From contig NC_010655.1 in NCBI RefSeq assembly GCF_000020225.1, positions 2,310,001-2,342,000 on the forward strand: DNA of 32,000 bases. Direction: 5' to 3'. Under the pieces are notes generated by a model that was not told the origin of the DNA, ran no database searches, and saw nothing but the letters and a program-made list of their open reading frames with translations. Positions 1-7,938 of this stretch are shown here, one piece after another (the stretch's first letter is position 1; each line of letters starts with the position of its first letter). The translations under genes and the position numbers were made by a program. This DNA comes from Akkermansia muciniphila ATCC BAA-835. GTDB lineage: Bacteria > Verrucomicrobiota > Verrucomicrobiia > Verrucomicrobiales > Akkermansiaceae.

Positions 1-19
1 GCTCTTTTAGCAATTGAAA

Positions 20-40
20 GAAAAAAAGGGGATGTCCCCC
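20..40 (-). terminator. Candidate intrinsic terminator downstream of the 76..666 gene
   Basis: The minus strand reads GGGG-ACAT-CCCC followed directly by T7 (plus-strand A-run 21..27), 36 nt past the stop codon. The stem is only 4-5 bp. Confidence 0.35.
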
Positions 41-75
41 ATTTCCGGCCCCCTTTTCCTGCCCTTGTATCCGCA

Positions 76-666
76 TCAGCTTCCGATACGGAATCTTCCA
101 TCCCGGTCCGCCCGGGGAGGAAGCCCGCGCGAAGGAACGGATTTTCTGGAAACGGATTCCTGCCTGGCAGAGGCCGGCTTGACGGAGCGGATTTTCGGGC
201 GGGAGGCAGAAGCGGGAGCAACCGTTTTTCCCGGTTGCGTGCCGTGGGAGGAAGGAAGAACAGGAACGGTTCCCACAACCGTTTTTTGCCGTTCATGGGC
301 CTTATAGGCGCGTTGCAGGGTAAAATCCCGCTGTTCTCCCGGTCTCAGGGAATAATCCGCCTTTTTGGGAGCTCCGGCTTTTTGCGCCAGAGGTTCCACG
401 CGCCGCTGCAGCTGAGCGGCGGTATCCAGTTTGCCGGCCACCCATTCCGGGTTCCATTCCGGCTCGGATGTTTTCAGGGACTGAAGCAACTGCTCCGCTT
501 TCTTGCCGCTTTCCAGGGCTGCCTTATAATCCCCCTCCTTCTCCTGCCGTGCCGCGCGCGTCAGGGAAAGGTTGGCTTCGTAAAAAGTGTCTCCGGGATT
601 GCCAAGGGCCGTTGTAGCCGCCAGGAACATGCAGAGCAGGGAACAGGGTAGAAACTTCCTTTTCAT
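76..666 (-). CDS. Secreted hypothetical protein (signal peptide; helical N-terminal part, Pro/Ser/Arg-rich tail)
   Basis: The ORF track gives 76..861. The internal ATG at 666 yields MKRKFLPCSLLCMFLAATTALG-NPGD, a typical n-region, h-region and cleavage site. No recognisable catalytic motif. Confidence 0.6.
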   Translation of the reverse strand: MKRKFLPCSLLCMFLAATTALGNPGDTFYEANLSLTRAARQEKEGDYKAALESGKKAEQLLQSLKTSEPEWNPEWVAGKLDTAAQLQRRVEPLAQKAGAPKKADYSLRPGEQRDFTLQRAYKAHERQKTVVGTVPVLPSSHGTQPGKTVAPASASRPKIRSVKPASARQESVSRKSVPSRGLPPRADRDGRFRIGS

Positions 667-878
667 GATTGTTGGCACGATAACATGATTCCTCGTTTTG
701 GAAAGGCCTTTCTTCCGGCATGTTTTGCGCAGGGCCGGACTCCGTTTCCCTTGCGGATAAAGGAAAGGTTCTCCATTCCGCACCCCGGAGCAACTTGACG
801 GAAAGTCCGGAGTGCCGTATGCTGGACGGGACCTGCTATATGACCCGGAACGAGCCATCATCCCTTCCAGCTCCGCAG

Positions 879-1973
879 ATGGAGGAAGATCCCAGATTCC
901 TGACGGAACAAATTGTAACCTATTTGGGCAATAAGCGTTCCCTTCTTCATTTTCTGGGGACGGGGCTGGAACAGGTGAAAAAACGCCTGGGTAAGGAAAG
1001 GCTGAAAGCAGGGGATCTTTTTTCCGGCAGCGGCATTGTGGCGCGTTTTCTGAAACAGCATTCGGAAGACTTGATCGTCAATGATCTGGAGGAATACAGC
1101 CGGGTCGTCAATACCTGTTACCTGAGCAACGCGGAGGAAGTGGAAAATCTGGAGCTGGACAGACATTACAGACGCCTGCTGCGGTATATGGAAACGCATG
1201 AATCCCCTGGCTTCATCACGGAACTGTACGCTCCCAGAAATCCGGACTGCATCACGGCGGATGACCGCGTTTTCTATACGCGCCGCAACGCCGTGTACCT
1301 GGATACGGCGAGGCAGACCATCAATTTGCTTCCGGCAGAAGTCAGGCCCTATTTTATCGCTCCTCTTCTGGCGGAAGCTTCCGTCCACACAAACACATCC
1401 GGCGTATTCAAAGGTTTTTACAAAGACAGGAACGGAATCGGCAAATTCGGGGGAACGGGAGGCAACGCCCTTTCCCGCATTCTGGGAGAAATTTCGCTGC
1501 CGTTTCCCGTGTTTTCCCGGTTTGACTGCCGGTATTCCATCCATTGCCGTGACGCCAATGAACTGGCTGCCGAGCTGCCGGAAATGGATGTGGTGTACCT
1601 GGACCCTCCCTATAACCAGCATCCGTACGGTTCCAATTATTTCATGCTGAATTTGCTGTCTTCTTATGAAAAGCCGGAGGAAACCAGCCGAGTTTCCGGC
1701 ATTCCCGCAGATTGGAAACGTTCCACGTACAATAGCCGCCAGCATGCTCCGGAGGCCCTGTTCCGGCTGCTGGAGGATTGCCCGGCCAAATTTATTCTGC
1801 TTTCCTACAGCTCGGAGGGGTTCATCAACTATGAGGAGATGACCGGTTTCCTTGGACGCCTGGGCCATACCGTTACGCTGGAAACGCCGTACGCCGCGTT
1901 CCGGGGCAGCCGGAATTTCAGAAACCGTCCTCAGAACGTGACGGAATTCCTGTTCCTGGTGGAACGGTTTTAA
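879..1973 (+). CDS. N6-adenine DNA methyltransferase, Dam/D12-class (alpha-type motif order); no cognate endonuclease adjacent
   Basis: YLGNKRSLL near the N-terminus resembles T4 Dam YTGNKQSLL. The AdoMet motif is DLFSGSGIV and the catalytic DPPY lies at nt 1602-1613. The C-terminal FILLSYSSEG...EFLFLVE resembles the Dam family tail. The start is uncertain (ATGs at 720, 819, 840 and 879); 879 best fits the family N-terminus. Confidence 0.8.
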   Translation: MEEDPRFLTEQIVTYLGNKRSLLHFLGTGLEQVKKRLGKERLKAGDLFSGSGIVARFLKQHSEDLIVNDLEEYSRVVNTCYLSNAEEVENLELDRHYRRLLRYMETHESPGFITELYAPRNPDCITADDRVFYTRRNAVYLDTARQTINLLPAEVRPYFIAPLLAEASVHTNTSGVFKGFYKDRNGIGKFGGTGGNALSRILGEISLPFPVFSRFDCRYSIHCRDANELAAELPEMDVVYLDPPYNQHPYGSNYFMLNLLSSYEKPEETSRVSGIPADWKRSTYNSRQHAPEALFRLLEDCPAKFILLSYSSEGFINYEEMTGFLGRLGHTVTLETPYAAFRGSRNFRNRPQNVTEFLFLVERF

Positions 1974-1976
1974 CAG

Positions 1977-2885
1977 ATGACAGGAAAAGCAGCCTCCATG
2001 CAAACTCATTTGGAACGCTTCATCCGTTTTCTGGCCGCGGAGAAAGGCCTGAGCACCGCCTACCAGCTTTCCGTGAGACAGACCCTGGAGGAATTTGCCC
2101 GGTTTCTGGAAATGGATAATACCGGCCTTGCCCAAACGGGCATCGACACGCTTTCGGCATTTCTGCGGCATTTGCAGGACCGGGGCATGGCCCGCAGCTC
2201 CATGCGGGTGGAAATGGTGCATCTGCGTATTTTTTTCCGGTGGCTGGCCGGAACGGGAATACTGGAAAAAGACCCTTCCGTATTTCTGGAAATGCCCCGG
2301 CAGGGGTTGTCGCTTCCTCATGTGCTGGATCAGAAAACCGTCTCAAATTTGCTTGAAAGCATTGACATTCAAGATATTCCTCTGGGATGTAGAGACAGAG
2401 CGCTTCTGGAGATGATTTACGCCTGCGGGATGCGTGTTAGTGAAATAATTAATTGCAAATTAGAGAGTTTTGATAAAGATGAAGCTTTTGTCCGCGTGCT
2501 GGGGAAGGGGAATAAAACCCGGCTGGTGCCCGTAGGGAGATCCGCTTTGGATGCTTTGCAAATGTATTTGGAAAAAGGAAGACCCAAACTGGTCAGGACG
2601 GGAACGAAAAGCCACATCTTTCTGACAGTACGCGGCCGTCCGTTGACGAGGGAGCGGATTCGTCAAATTCTCCGGGAACGCGCCAGAGCCGCAGGACTGG
2701 AACAGCATGTTTTCCCGCATATCCTGCGTCATTCCTTCGCCACGCATCTTCTGGAAAACGGAGCGGATCTGCGTATTATTCAGGAGATGCTGGGCCATGC
2801 CGATATTTCAACCACCCAGATCTATACGCATTTGGAGCAGCAGCGGCTGAACTCGATTCATCACCGCTTTCATCCCAGAGGATAG
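1977..2885 (+). CDS. xerD: Tyrosine site-specific recombinase XerD (XerC/XerD family)
   Basis: Full-length collinear resemblance to E. coli XerD. Motifs seen: ACGMRVSE, GKGNKTRLVP, HILRHSFATHLL, LGHADISTTQIYTH and the terminal HPRG. All R-K-H-R-H-Y catalytic positions are present. Assignment as XerD rather than XerC is not certain. Confidence 0.88.
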   Translation: MTGKAASMQTHLERFIRFLAAEKGLSTAYQLSVRQTLEEFARFLEMDNTGLAQTGIDTLSAFLRHLQDRGMARSSMRVEMVHLRIFFRWLAGTGILEKDPSVFLEMPRQGLSLPHVLDQKTVSNLLESIDIQDIPLGCRDRALLEMIYACGMRVSEIINCKLESFDKDEAFVRVLGKGNKTRLVPVGRSALDALQMYLEKGRPKLVRTGTKSHIFLTVRGRPLTRERIRQILRERARAAGLEQHVFPHILRHSFATHLLENGADLRIIQEMLGHADISTTQIYTHLEQQRLNSIHHRFHPRG

Positions 2886-2983
2886 TTCATCATTCATTCC
2901 CATGCCGCATTTTTTCACGTCCTCCCAATCATATCATAATCATTTAAATATTAACGGTCGGAGAATTATTCTACCGGAATTAT

Positions 2984-3011
2984 ATTTGGCATTACATATA
3001 TTATGCGAAGT
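2984..3011 (-). other. Candidate dif-like Xer recombination site (11-6-11)
   Basis: The minus strand reads ACTTCGCATAA-TATATG-TAATGCCAAAT. Hand alignment gives 20/28 identities to E. coli dif and 20/28 to B. subtilis dif. The inner arm halves are near-palindromic. The site lies about 100 nt downstream of xerD. Confidence 0.5.
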
Positions 3012-3074
3012 ATAGTTTAGGCAGCATTCTCCCATTCTCATTGGACGGAAAACGCGCTCTGTCACTTGACAAAT

Positions 3075-4142
3075 ATGCAAGCATTTCATGGCCCTTGCCT
3101 TGTCCGTACCGTTGCCATTTTCATCCTTTTTTCATCTTTTTCCCTTCTTCATGCCGAAGATGAGGAATTTTCCGATATCATGGAACTGGTATCGGAAACG
3201 GAGAACTGTTCCGCCAAACTGGCCCGTGACAAAAACGCGACGGAAGAACAGAAGAAGGAAGACAGAAAGCGCAGGAAAATCGGCATTGGAGAAACGGTCA
3301 CCGTTACCCTGAACTGTAAAAAGCCGTTTCTGTTGGAGCCGAAGGATCAAATTCAATGGAAAGTGATTGAGGGAAAAGAGTTACTTGAAGATGGCTTAAA
3401 AACAGAAGAAACAACAGAAAAAGCTAAATTTCGGATAAATCCTTGTGCCAGTAAAGAACAAATCCAGCAGTCTGGAGGGAAAGTAGCCATTGAAGTGGAA
3501 ACCGAACTGGGAACGGCCCTCCCCCGCCCTATCGAATTTGACGTTGTTTTTCCTGAACATCTTACTGCGGAACATGAAACTTTGGGAGGAATGGTTAAAG
3601 GCGTTCCTGCGGCAGATATGGGATTCCCCCGGGATGGAGATCCTGCACATGGAGTTTCCGCACAGCTTCTCGTTTCCATCCATCCTCTGGATGTCTGTTT
3701 TAAAGGAATTCGTGTCATTGAAAAAGACAAGGGGTATGTTGGAGCTGCCGGAAGTCTGGCGCAGCCCCATGCAGCGGACAGCGTTTGGAGCGTAGGTCTT
3801 GACAACCGTTTTGGATTGCATGACAACATAGGTATAAAATCCGGGGTGAATGGCCATATGCAATGGGATGAAATTCAGGGTTATGATGCCGATGGTCATC
3901 CTGTCTATAAACATTCGTATCCTAATGAATTTACATGGAATTGCCTTTTCAGGACATATGGGGGAGATGAAAACAAAGAAGGAATATCCGATATTGCCAC
4001 GGTTTTTCAGAATTTTTATATAGAGAGTAAAGGAGAAGGATTGTTTTACGCCAGAATCCGTAAATTTCTGGTGGATACCAAGAAGAAGGATGAATGTTCC
4101 GTTGAACGGACGTCTGGTGGCGATCATATTTTTAAACCCTGA
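3075..4142 (+). CDS. Secreted hypothetical protein, no recognised domain
   Basis: Uninterrupted 355-codon ORF; the track starts at TTG 3066, with the first ATG at 3075. The N-terminus MQAFHGPCLVRTVAIFILFSSFSLLHA-EDEE looks like a signal peptide. Composition is heterogeneous and mostly AT-rich. Confidence 0.65.
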   Translation: MQAFHGPCLVRTVAIFILFSSFSLLHAEDEEFSDIMELVSETENCSAKLARDKNATEEQKKEDRKRRKIGIGETVTVTLNCKKPFLLEPKDQIQWKVIEGKELLEDGLKTEETTEKAKFRINPCASKEQIQQSGGKVAIEVETELGTALPRPIEFDVVFPEHLTAEHETLGGMVKGVPAADMGFPRDGDPAHGVSAQLLVSIHPLDVCFKGIRVIEKDKGYVGAAGSLAQPHAADSVWSVGLDNRFGLHDNIGIKSGVNGHMQWDEIQGYDADGHPVYKHSYPNEFTWNCLFRTYGGDENKEGISDIATVFQNFYIESKGEGLFYARIRKFLVDTKKKDECSVERTSGGDHIFKP

Positions 4143-4156
4143 TATATAATTTGACA

Positions 4157-5206
4157 ATGAAGTCTATAATAAAATGTTTTCTGTCTTGCTCATCCTCCGT
4201 AGCGCTGCTTGCGACCTTTTCCTCTGTTATTGCATTGCCTTCGTCCGCCGCTTTTCCAACAGATTCGCAAGAATTGAAATTCAACAAGGATTCTGACATT
4301 GGAGAATTAAAAAAACTTCTTCAGCAAGGAGAACTCGTAAAATTTTACCAAACAGCCCACACCCATATGGGGCAGCTTGAGTGGAGTGACATCAGAGGGG
4401 GAGTTTCCCCGGACAAGCTGGATCGGTTATTGTTGATTGCCCGGATTACTTCCGCTGCTCCTCTGTTTGGAGAGAACGAAAATACACCGTTTGAACAAAT
4501 GACGCAGGATTTCGCTTCGGCAGGAGATATTCGTCTTAAGGGAAAAGTTATGAAAAACCTACTCATCATTTCCAAAATCAATCTCAAGCAAAAATGCTCT
4601 GCCGTGAGAAAGAAAGAAGTGGGGCAGCTTTGCTCCATTTACGCGGCAACGATGCTGAAGATGATGAAAGAAGCCTACATTCCTGATTTTGAAGGCTGGA
4701 AGAAAGAAGTTATGGAGAGAAAAACGGCGGTTTGGAGCAAAGAGTTTAACGCCAGGTGGGAGTCCTTCCTGAAAGAAAGAGACGAGAGAGTGGAGAGAAA
4801 AAAGAAGGAACTCTCCATACCATTCGAACAGAGAATGCGACGGCAAAAAACGGAAGAGGAACGGATAAGAGACAGGGAATTTGGAGAGAAAGACGCTGCC
4901 TTCATGCAGGAAGCCAGGGAAAAATGGAATAAACGAATGAATCTTGACGTCAGCCTTTCTATGATGGATGGCCGAAACTCCAAAATCAAATCATTCCTCA
5001 AAGATAAGGGAGGATCCTTATTGCGCATTCTGTTGGACAACTACCCCGGCAAAGCCACCGAAGTGTTTAAATACCTGAAGCTGGCAGGGTATGAGGAAGG
5101 AGAAATGATGGAGTTTATTGACCGGGAAATGGGAAAAAACAAGGATACGGAGTTCCTGTATCAAAGTTCCTTGGGAAGAAAGTTCCTTAAAGAGAAAAAA
5201 GAGTAA
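4157..5206 (+). CDS. Secreted hypothetical protein, paralogue 1 (highly charged, probably coiled-coil central region)
   Basis: ATG at 4157 (track TTG at 4151). The signal-peptide-like N-terminus is MKSIIKCFLSCSSSVALLATFSSVIALPSSAA. There is a K/E/R-rich segment (KERDERVERKKKEL...RRQKTEEERIRDREFGEKD). Near-duplicate of 5368..6444. Confidence 0.7.
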   Translation: MKSIIKCFLSCSSSVALLATFSSVIALPSSAAFPTDSQELKFNKDSDIGELKKLLQQGELVKFYQTAHTHMGQLEWSDIRGGVSPDKLDRLLLIARITSAAPLFGENENTPFEQMTQDFASAGDIRLKGKVMKNLLIISKINLKQKCSAVRKKEVGQLCSIYAATMLKMMKEAYIPDFEGWKKEVMERKTAVWSKEFNARWESFLKERDERVERKKKELSIPFEQRMRRQKTEEERIRDREFGEKDAAFMQEAREKWNKRMNLDVSLSMMDGRNSKIKSFLKDKGGSLLRILLDNYPGKATEVFKYLKLAGYEEGEMMEFIDREMGKNKDTEFLYQSSLGRKFLKEKKE

Positions 5207-6444
5207 TTCTTTATAAAAAGTGCAATATGGATTCAACAGAGTTGTCAGGAATGATTTTTATTGTTCCTGTCCAGATGTTTTTCTTTCTTCTTCCTTTTCT
5301 TAAGTTCTCAGCTGAATAGGATATTCTCCATTTGAAATGATTCAGGAACGAACTTTCGGCGAAATCCATGTTTTTTAATCCTGATTTTATGATTGACCGA
5401 ATTTTCAGTTTTCTGTCTTGCTCATCCTCCGTAGCGCTGCTTGCGACCTTTTCCTCTGTTATTGCATTGCCTTCGTCCGCCGCTTTTCCAACAGATTCGC
5501 AAGAATTGAAATTCAACAAGGATTCTGACATTGGAGAATTAAAAAAACTTCTTCAGCAAGGAGAACTCGTAAAATTTTACCAAACAGCCCACACCCATAT
5601 GGGGCAGCTTGAGTGGAGTGACATCAGAGGGGGAGTTTCCCCGGACAAGCTGGATCGGTTATTGTTGATTGCCCGGATTACTTCCGCTGCTCCTCTGTTT
5701 GGAGAGAACGAAAATACACCGTCTGAACAAATGACGCCGGATTTTGACTTAAAAAATGATATTTCTCTCAAAGGGAAAGTTATGGTAGATCTGGTTATCA
5801 TTTCCAAAATCAATCTCAAGCAAAAATGCTCTGCCGTGAGAAAGAAAGAAGTGGGGCAGCTTTGTTCCATTTACGCGGCAACGATGCTGAAGATGATGAA
5901 AGAAGCCTACATTCCTGATTTCGAGGGCTGGAAGAAAGAAGTTATGGAGAGAAAAACGGCGGTTTGGAGCAAAGAGTTTAACGCCAGGTGGGAGTCCTTC
6001 CTGAAAGAAAGAGACGAGAGAGTGGAGAGAAAAAAGAAGGAACTCTCCATACCATTCGAACAGAGAATGCGACGGCAAAAAACGGAAGAGGAACGGATAA
6101 GAGACAGGGAATTTGGAGAGAAAGACGCCGCCTTCATGCAGGAAGCCAGGGAAAAATGGGACAAATGTAGGAATCTTGCCAATATATTAAGTATCATGGA
6201 AGATCGAAACTCCAAAATCAAATCATTCCTCAAAGATGGAGGAGGAGGTTTATTACGAATTTTGTTGGACAACTACCCCGGCAAAGCCACCGAAGTGTTT
6301 AAATACCTGAAGCTGGCGGGATATGAGGAAGGAGAAATGATGGAGTTGGTTGATCGGGAGGAGGGAAAAACCGAAGAAACGGAATTTTTGTATCAAAGCC
6401 CGTTGGGAAGAAAGTTCCTTAAAGAGAAGAAACAAAAGAAATAA
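4176..6444 (+). repeat. Tandem gene duplication: copy 1 4176..5206, copy 2 5408..6444 (offset 1232 nt), separated by a spacer of about 200 nt
   Basis: Direct comparison shows 4176-4490 identical to 5408-5722 (315 nt). Alternating diverged and near-identical blocks follow. Confidence 0.9.
5368..6444 (+). CDS. Secreted hypothetical protein, paralogue 2
   Basis: Same architecture as 4157..5206. An alternative start at ATG 5389 (MIDRIFSFLSC...) gives a more conventional signal-peptide n-region. Confidence 0.7.
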   Translation: MFFNPDFMIDRIFSFLSCSSSVALLATFSSVIALPSSAAFPTDSQELKFNKDSDIGELKKLLQQGELVKFYQTAHTHMGQLEWSDIRGGVSPDKLDRLLLIARITSAAPLFGENENTPSEQMTPDFDLKNDISLKGKVMVDLVIISKINLKQKCSAVRKKEVGQLCSIYAATMLKMMKEAYIPDFEGWKKEVMERKTAVWSKEFNARWESFLKERDERVERKKKELSIPFEQRMRRQKTEEERIRDREFGEKDAAFMQEAREKWDKCRNLANILSIMEDRNSKIKSFLKDGGGGLLRILLDNYPGKATEVFKYLKLAGYEEGEMMELVDREEGKTEETEFLYQSPLGRKFLKEKKQKK

Positions 6445-6555
6445 TTACTGCCAGAGCGCGGAATCATGATATTTTTAGTTTGCAAGGATATTTTATCTTT
6501 TTGAGATTCCTTCTCTCTTGCCAGATCACCTTTCATCCTTCATAATAAAAAAAGC

Positions 6556-7836
6556 ATGAATACTTTCGTTTCTCTTTGCCTGGTCGGGAGCCTCAGCCTG
6601 GGTTCCCTTTGTTATGCGCAGTACATGGATAACGATGCCAAGAAGAAGGTAATCAAGGATTTGGATAATTTGCTCGCTCTGAACAGGTCTGCAGAAACCA
6701 AGGTAATCAATGCCGCTATCAGCAAACTGAATTCCGCCGGCAGGGATCCCGGCGCCGCATATGACCTGCTGATTCAGTCCAAGAAGTTTCTGATGGAAAC
6801 GGAAAAGGAGAAGGACAAGAGCCAGGGGAAGAGCACCAAAATCGCCTCCAATTCCATGAAGGACTGGATGGACCGTGAAGCGAAGAAGTACCAGGATAAA
6901 AATGCCCGCAAAGGATTAATGCTTCAATATCAATGGGGAGTTCTCGTCCTCAAGGCTCGTCTTAAGGAAAATTTAATGAACGCCACCTCCCATTCCACCG
7001 GAGGAACAGCGGAGGAAACCCTGGACGTTACGGAGTTCCAGAAGCCGGCCATGGATTTGCTGAATGCCTACCTGTCCGCCTGCTCCGACCCTGATTTTGT
7101 CGAACCTTCCTCTTCCAAAAACAACAATGGAGCAGCCGGAAGAGCCGGCGCCCGTATTGCGGAACAATCCGTCCTTAATACGGAAGTGGGGGAGGCCCTG
7201 GGCATCAGCAGCATGTCTTCCAAGGCTTTCCCGGATTCCATGAAAAACCGGGATGAAATTTTTGACAAGCTGTTTTTCACCGGATACCGGAAGACCCGCA
7301 ATCTTCCCGCCCTCAGGCAGGCGTGGAACAAGAGAATTTCCATGGAAGTGGCTCTGGGAAAAATCAGCCATGCCATTTCCTCCGGCAAGAAATCCGGCAT
7401 GCAAGGCCGCATCGCCAATGCGTCCGAAGACGAATTTGATGAGCAGGGAGCCGCCGTTCTGGATCGTTTGCGCTGGCGCTGCGAACTGGATTGCTTCGAC
7501 TTGGGAGACCAGGCAAACGCCACGAGGAATATGATGACGCTGATCCGGACGACGGTGGATCCCGTGCGCCGGGAACAAGGTATCCGCACCCTCCGGGATA
7601 AACTGGTTCAGAGCATGAAGAGCTTGATGGATTCTCCGGAAGAAGAAAGCATGGCTGACGGTTCCTCTTCATCCTCTGCACCGCGTCCTGCCATGCGTTC
7701 CTCCAAAAAGAAGGCTCCCTCCACCACGATTACGACCAGCCGTGAAATGGATGATCCCGGAGCCATCGGAACTGATGTGCCGAAGCCTCCCAAGCCGGCC
7801 CCAGCCCGGAGTGACGATTTTTTTGAAGACATCTGA
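6556..7836 (+). CDS. Secreted hypothetical protein with a low-complexity Ser/Pro/Lys C-terminal tail
   Basis: 426-aa ORF. The signal peptide is MNTFVSLCLVGSLSLGSLCYA-QY. The tail reads SSSSSAPRP...KKKAPSTTITTS...PKPPKPAP. No recognised domain. Confidence 0.65.
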   Translation: MNTFVSLCLVGSLSLGSLCYAQYMDNDAKKKVIKDLDNLLALNRSAETKVINAAISKLNSAGRDPGAAYDLLIQSKKFLMETEKEKDKSQGKSTKIASNSMKDWMDREAKKYQDKNARKGLMLQYQWGVLVLKARLKENLMNATSHSTGGTAEETLDVTEFQKPAMDLLNAYLSACSDPDFVEPSSSKNNNGAAGRAGARIAEQSVLNTEVGEALGISSMSSKAFPDSMKNRDEIFDKLFFTGYRKTRNLPALRQAWNKRISMEVALGKISHAISSGKKSGMQGRIANASEDEFDEQGAAVLDRLRWRCELDCFDLGDQANATRNMMTLIRTTVDPVRREQGIRTLRDKLVQSMKSLMDSPEEESMADGSSSSSAPRPAMRSSKKKAPSTTITTSREMDDPGAIGTDVPKPPKPAPARSDDFFEDI

Positions 7837-7938
7837 CTTTCTTCAGACAAAAGATGTTGCCCGAACGGCGGTTTCCCTGTTCATGGAATGCGCAGAGCAT
7901 CCTTGACGTCCGGAGCCGCCGTTTTATACATTAAGGGC

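Noticed and set aside
781-815. There are RNase P RNA-like strings (CCCGGAGCAA and GGAAAGTCCGG) in the intergenic region and 5' end of the methyltransferase ORF.
   Set aside because: The two motifs are in the wrong order and only about 10 nt apart. The available non-coding space (about 210 nt) is too short for an RNase P RNA. I judged it coincidental.
858-2321. There are long ORFs antisense to confidently assigned genes. Examples are 858..2321(-), 10381..11508(+), 17404..17955(-), 18675..19682(+), 22128..22958(+), 23846..24394(-), 24112..24624(-), 26544..27437(-) and 27065..28000(+).
   Set aside because: Each lies opposite a gene with clear family motifs. Their translations are Arg/Gly/Pro-rich and low in complexity with no motifs. 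This is the usual shadow-ORF artefact of GC-rich coding DNA.
2929-2956. There is a weaker dif-like arrangement (TCATATCATAA-TCATTT-AAATATTAACG) about 50 nt upstream of the main candidate.
   Set aside because: The arms match at 7/11 and 6/11 and the centre matches poorly, all within very AT-rich DNA. That is not distinguishable from background.
4491-4975. I considered diversity-generating retroelement-type mutagenesis as the cause of the variable patches between the paralogues.
   Set aside because: The nucleotide differences are not confined to adenine positions; they include C/T, G/A, G/T and multi-base changes. There is also no reverse transcriptase gene or template repeat in the window.
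5211-5531. There is a 106-aa minus-strand ORF spanning the spacer between the paralogues and the 5' end of copy 2.
   Set aside because: It is antisense to a well-supported signal-peptide coding region, has no equivalent at copy 1 and shows no motifs. It is probably spurious.
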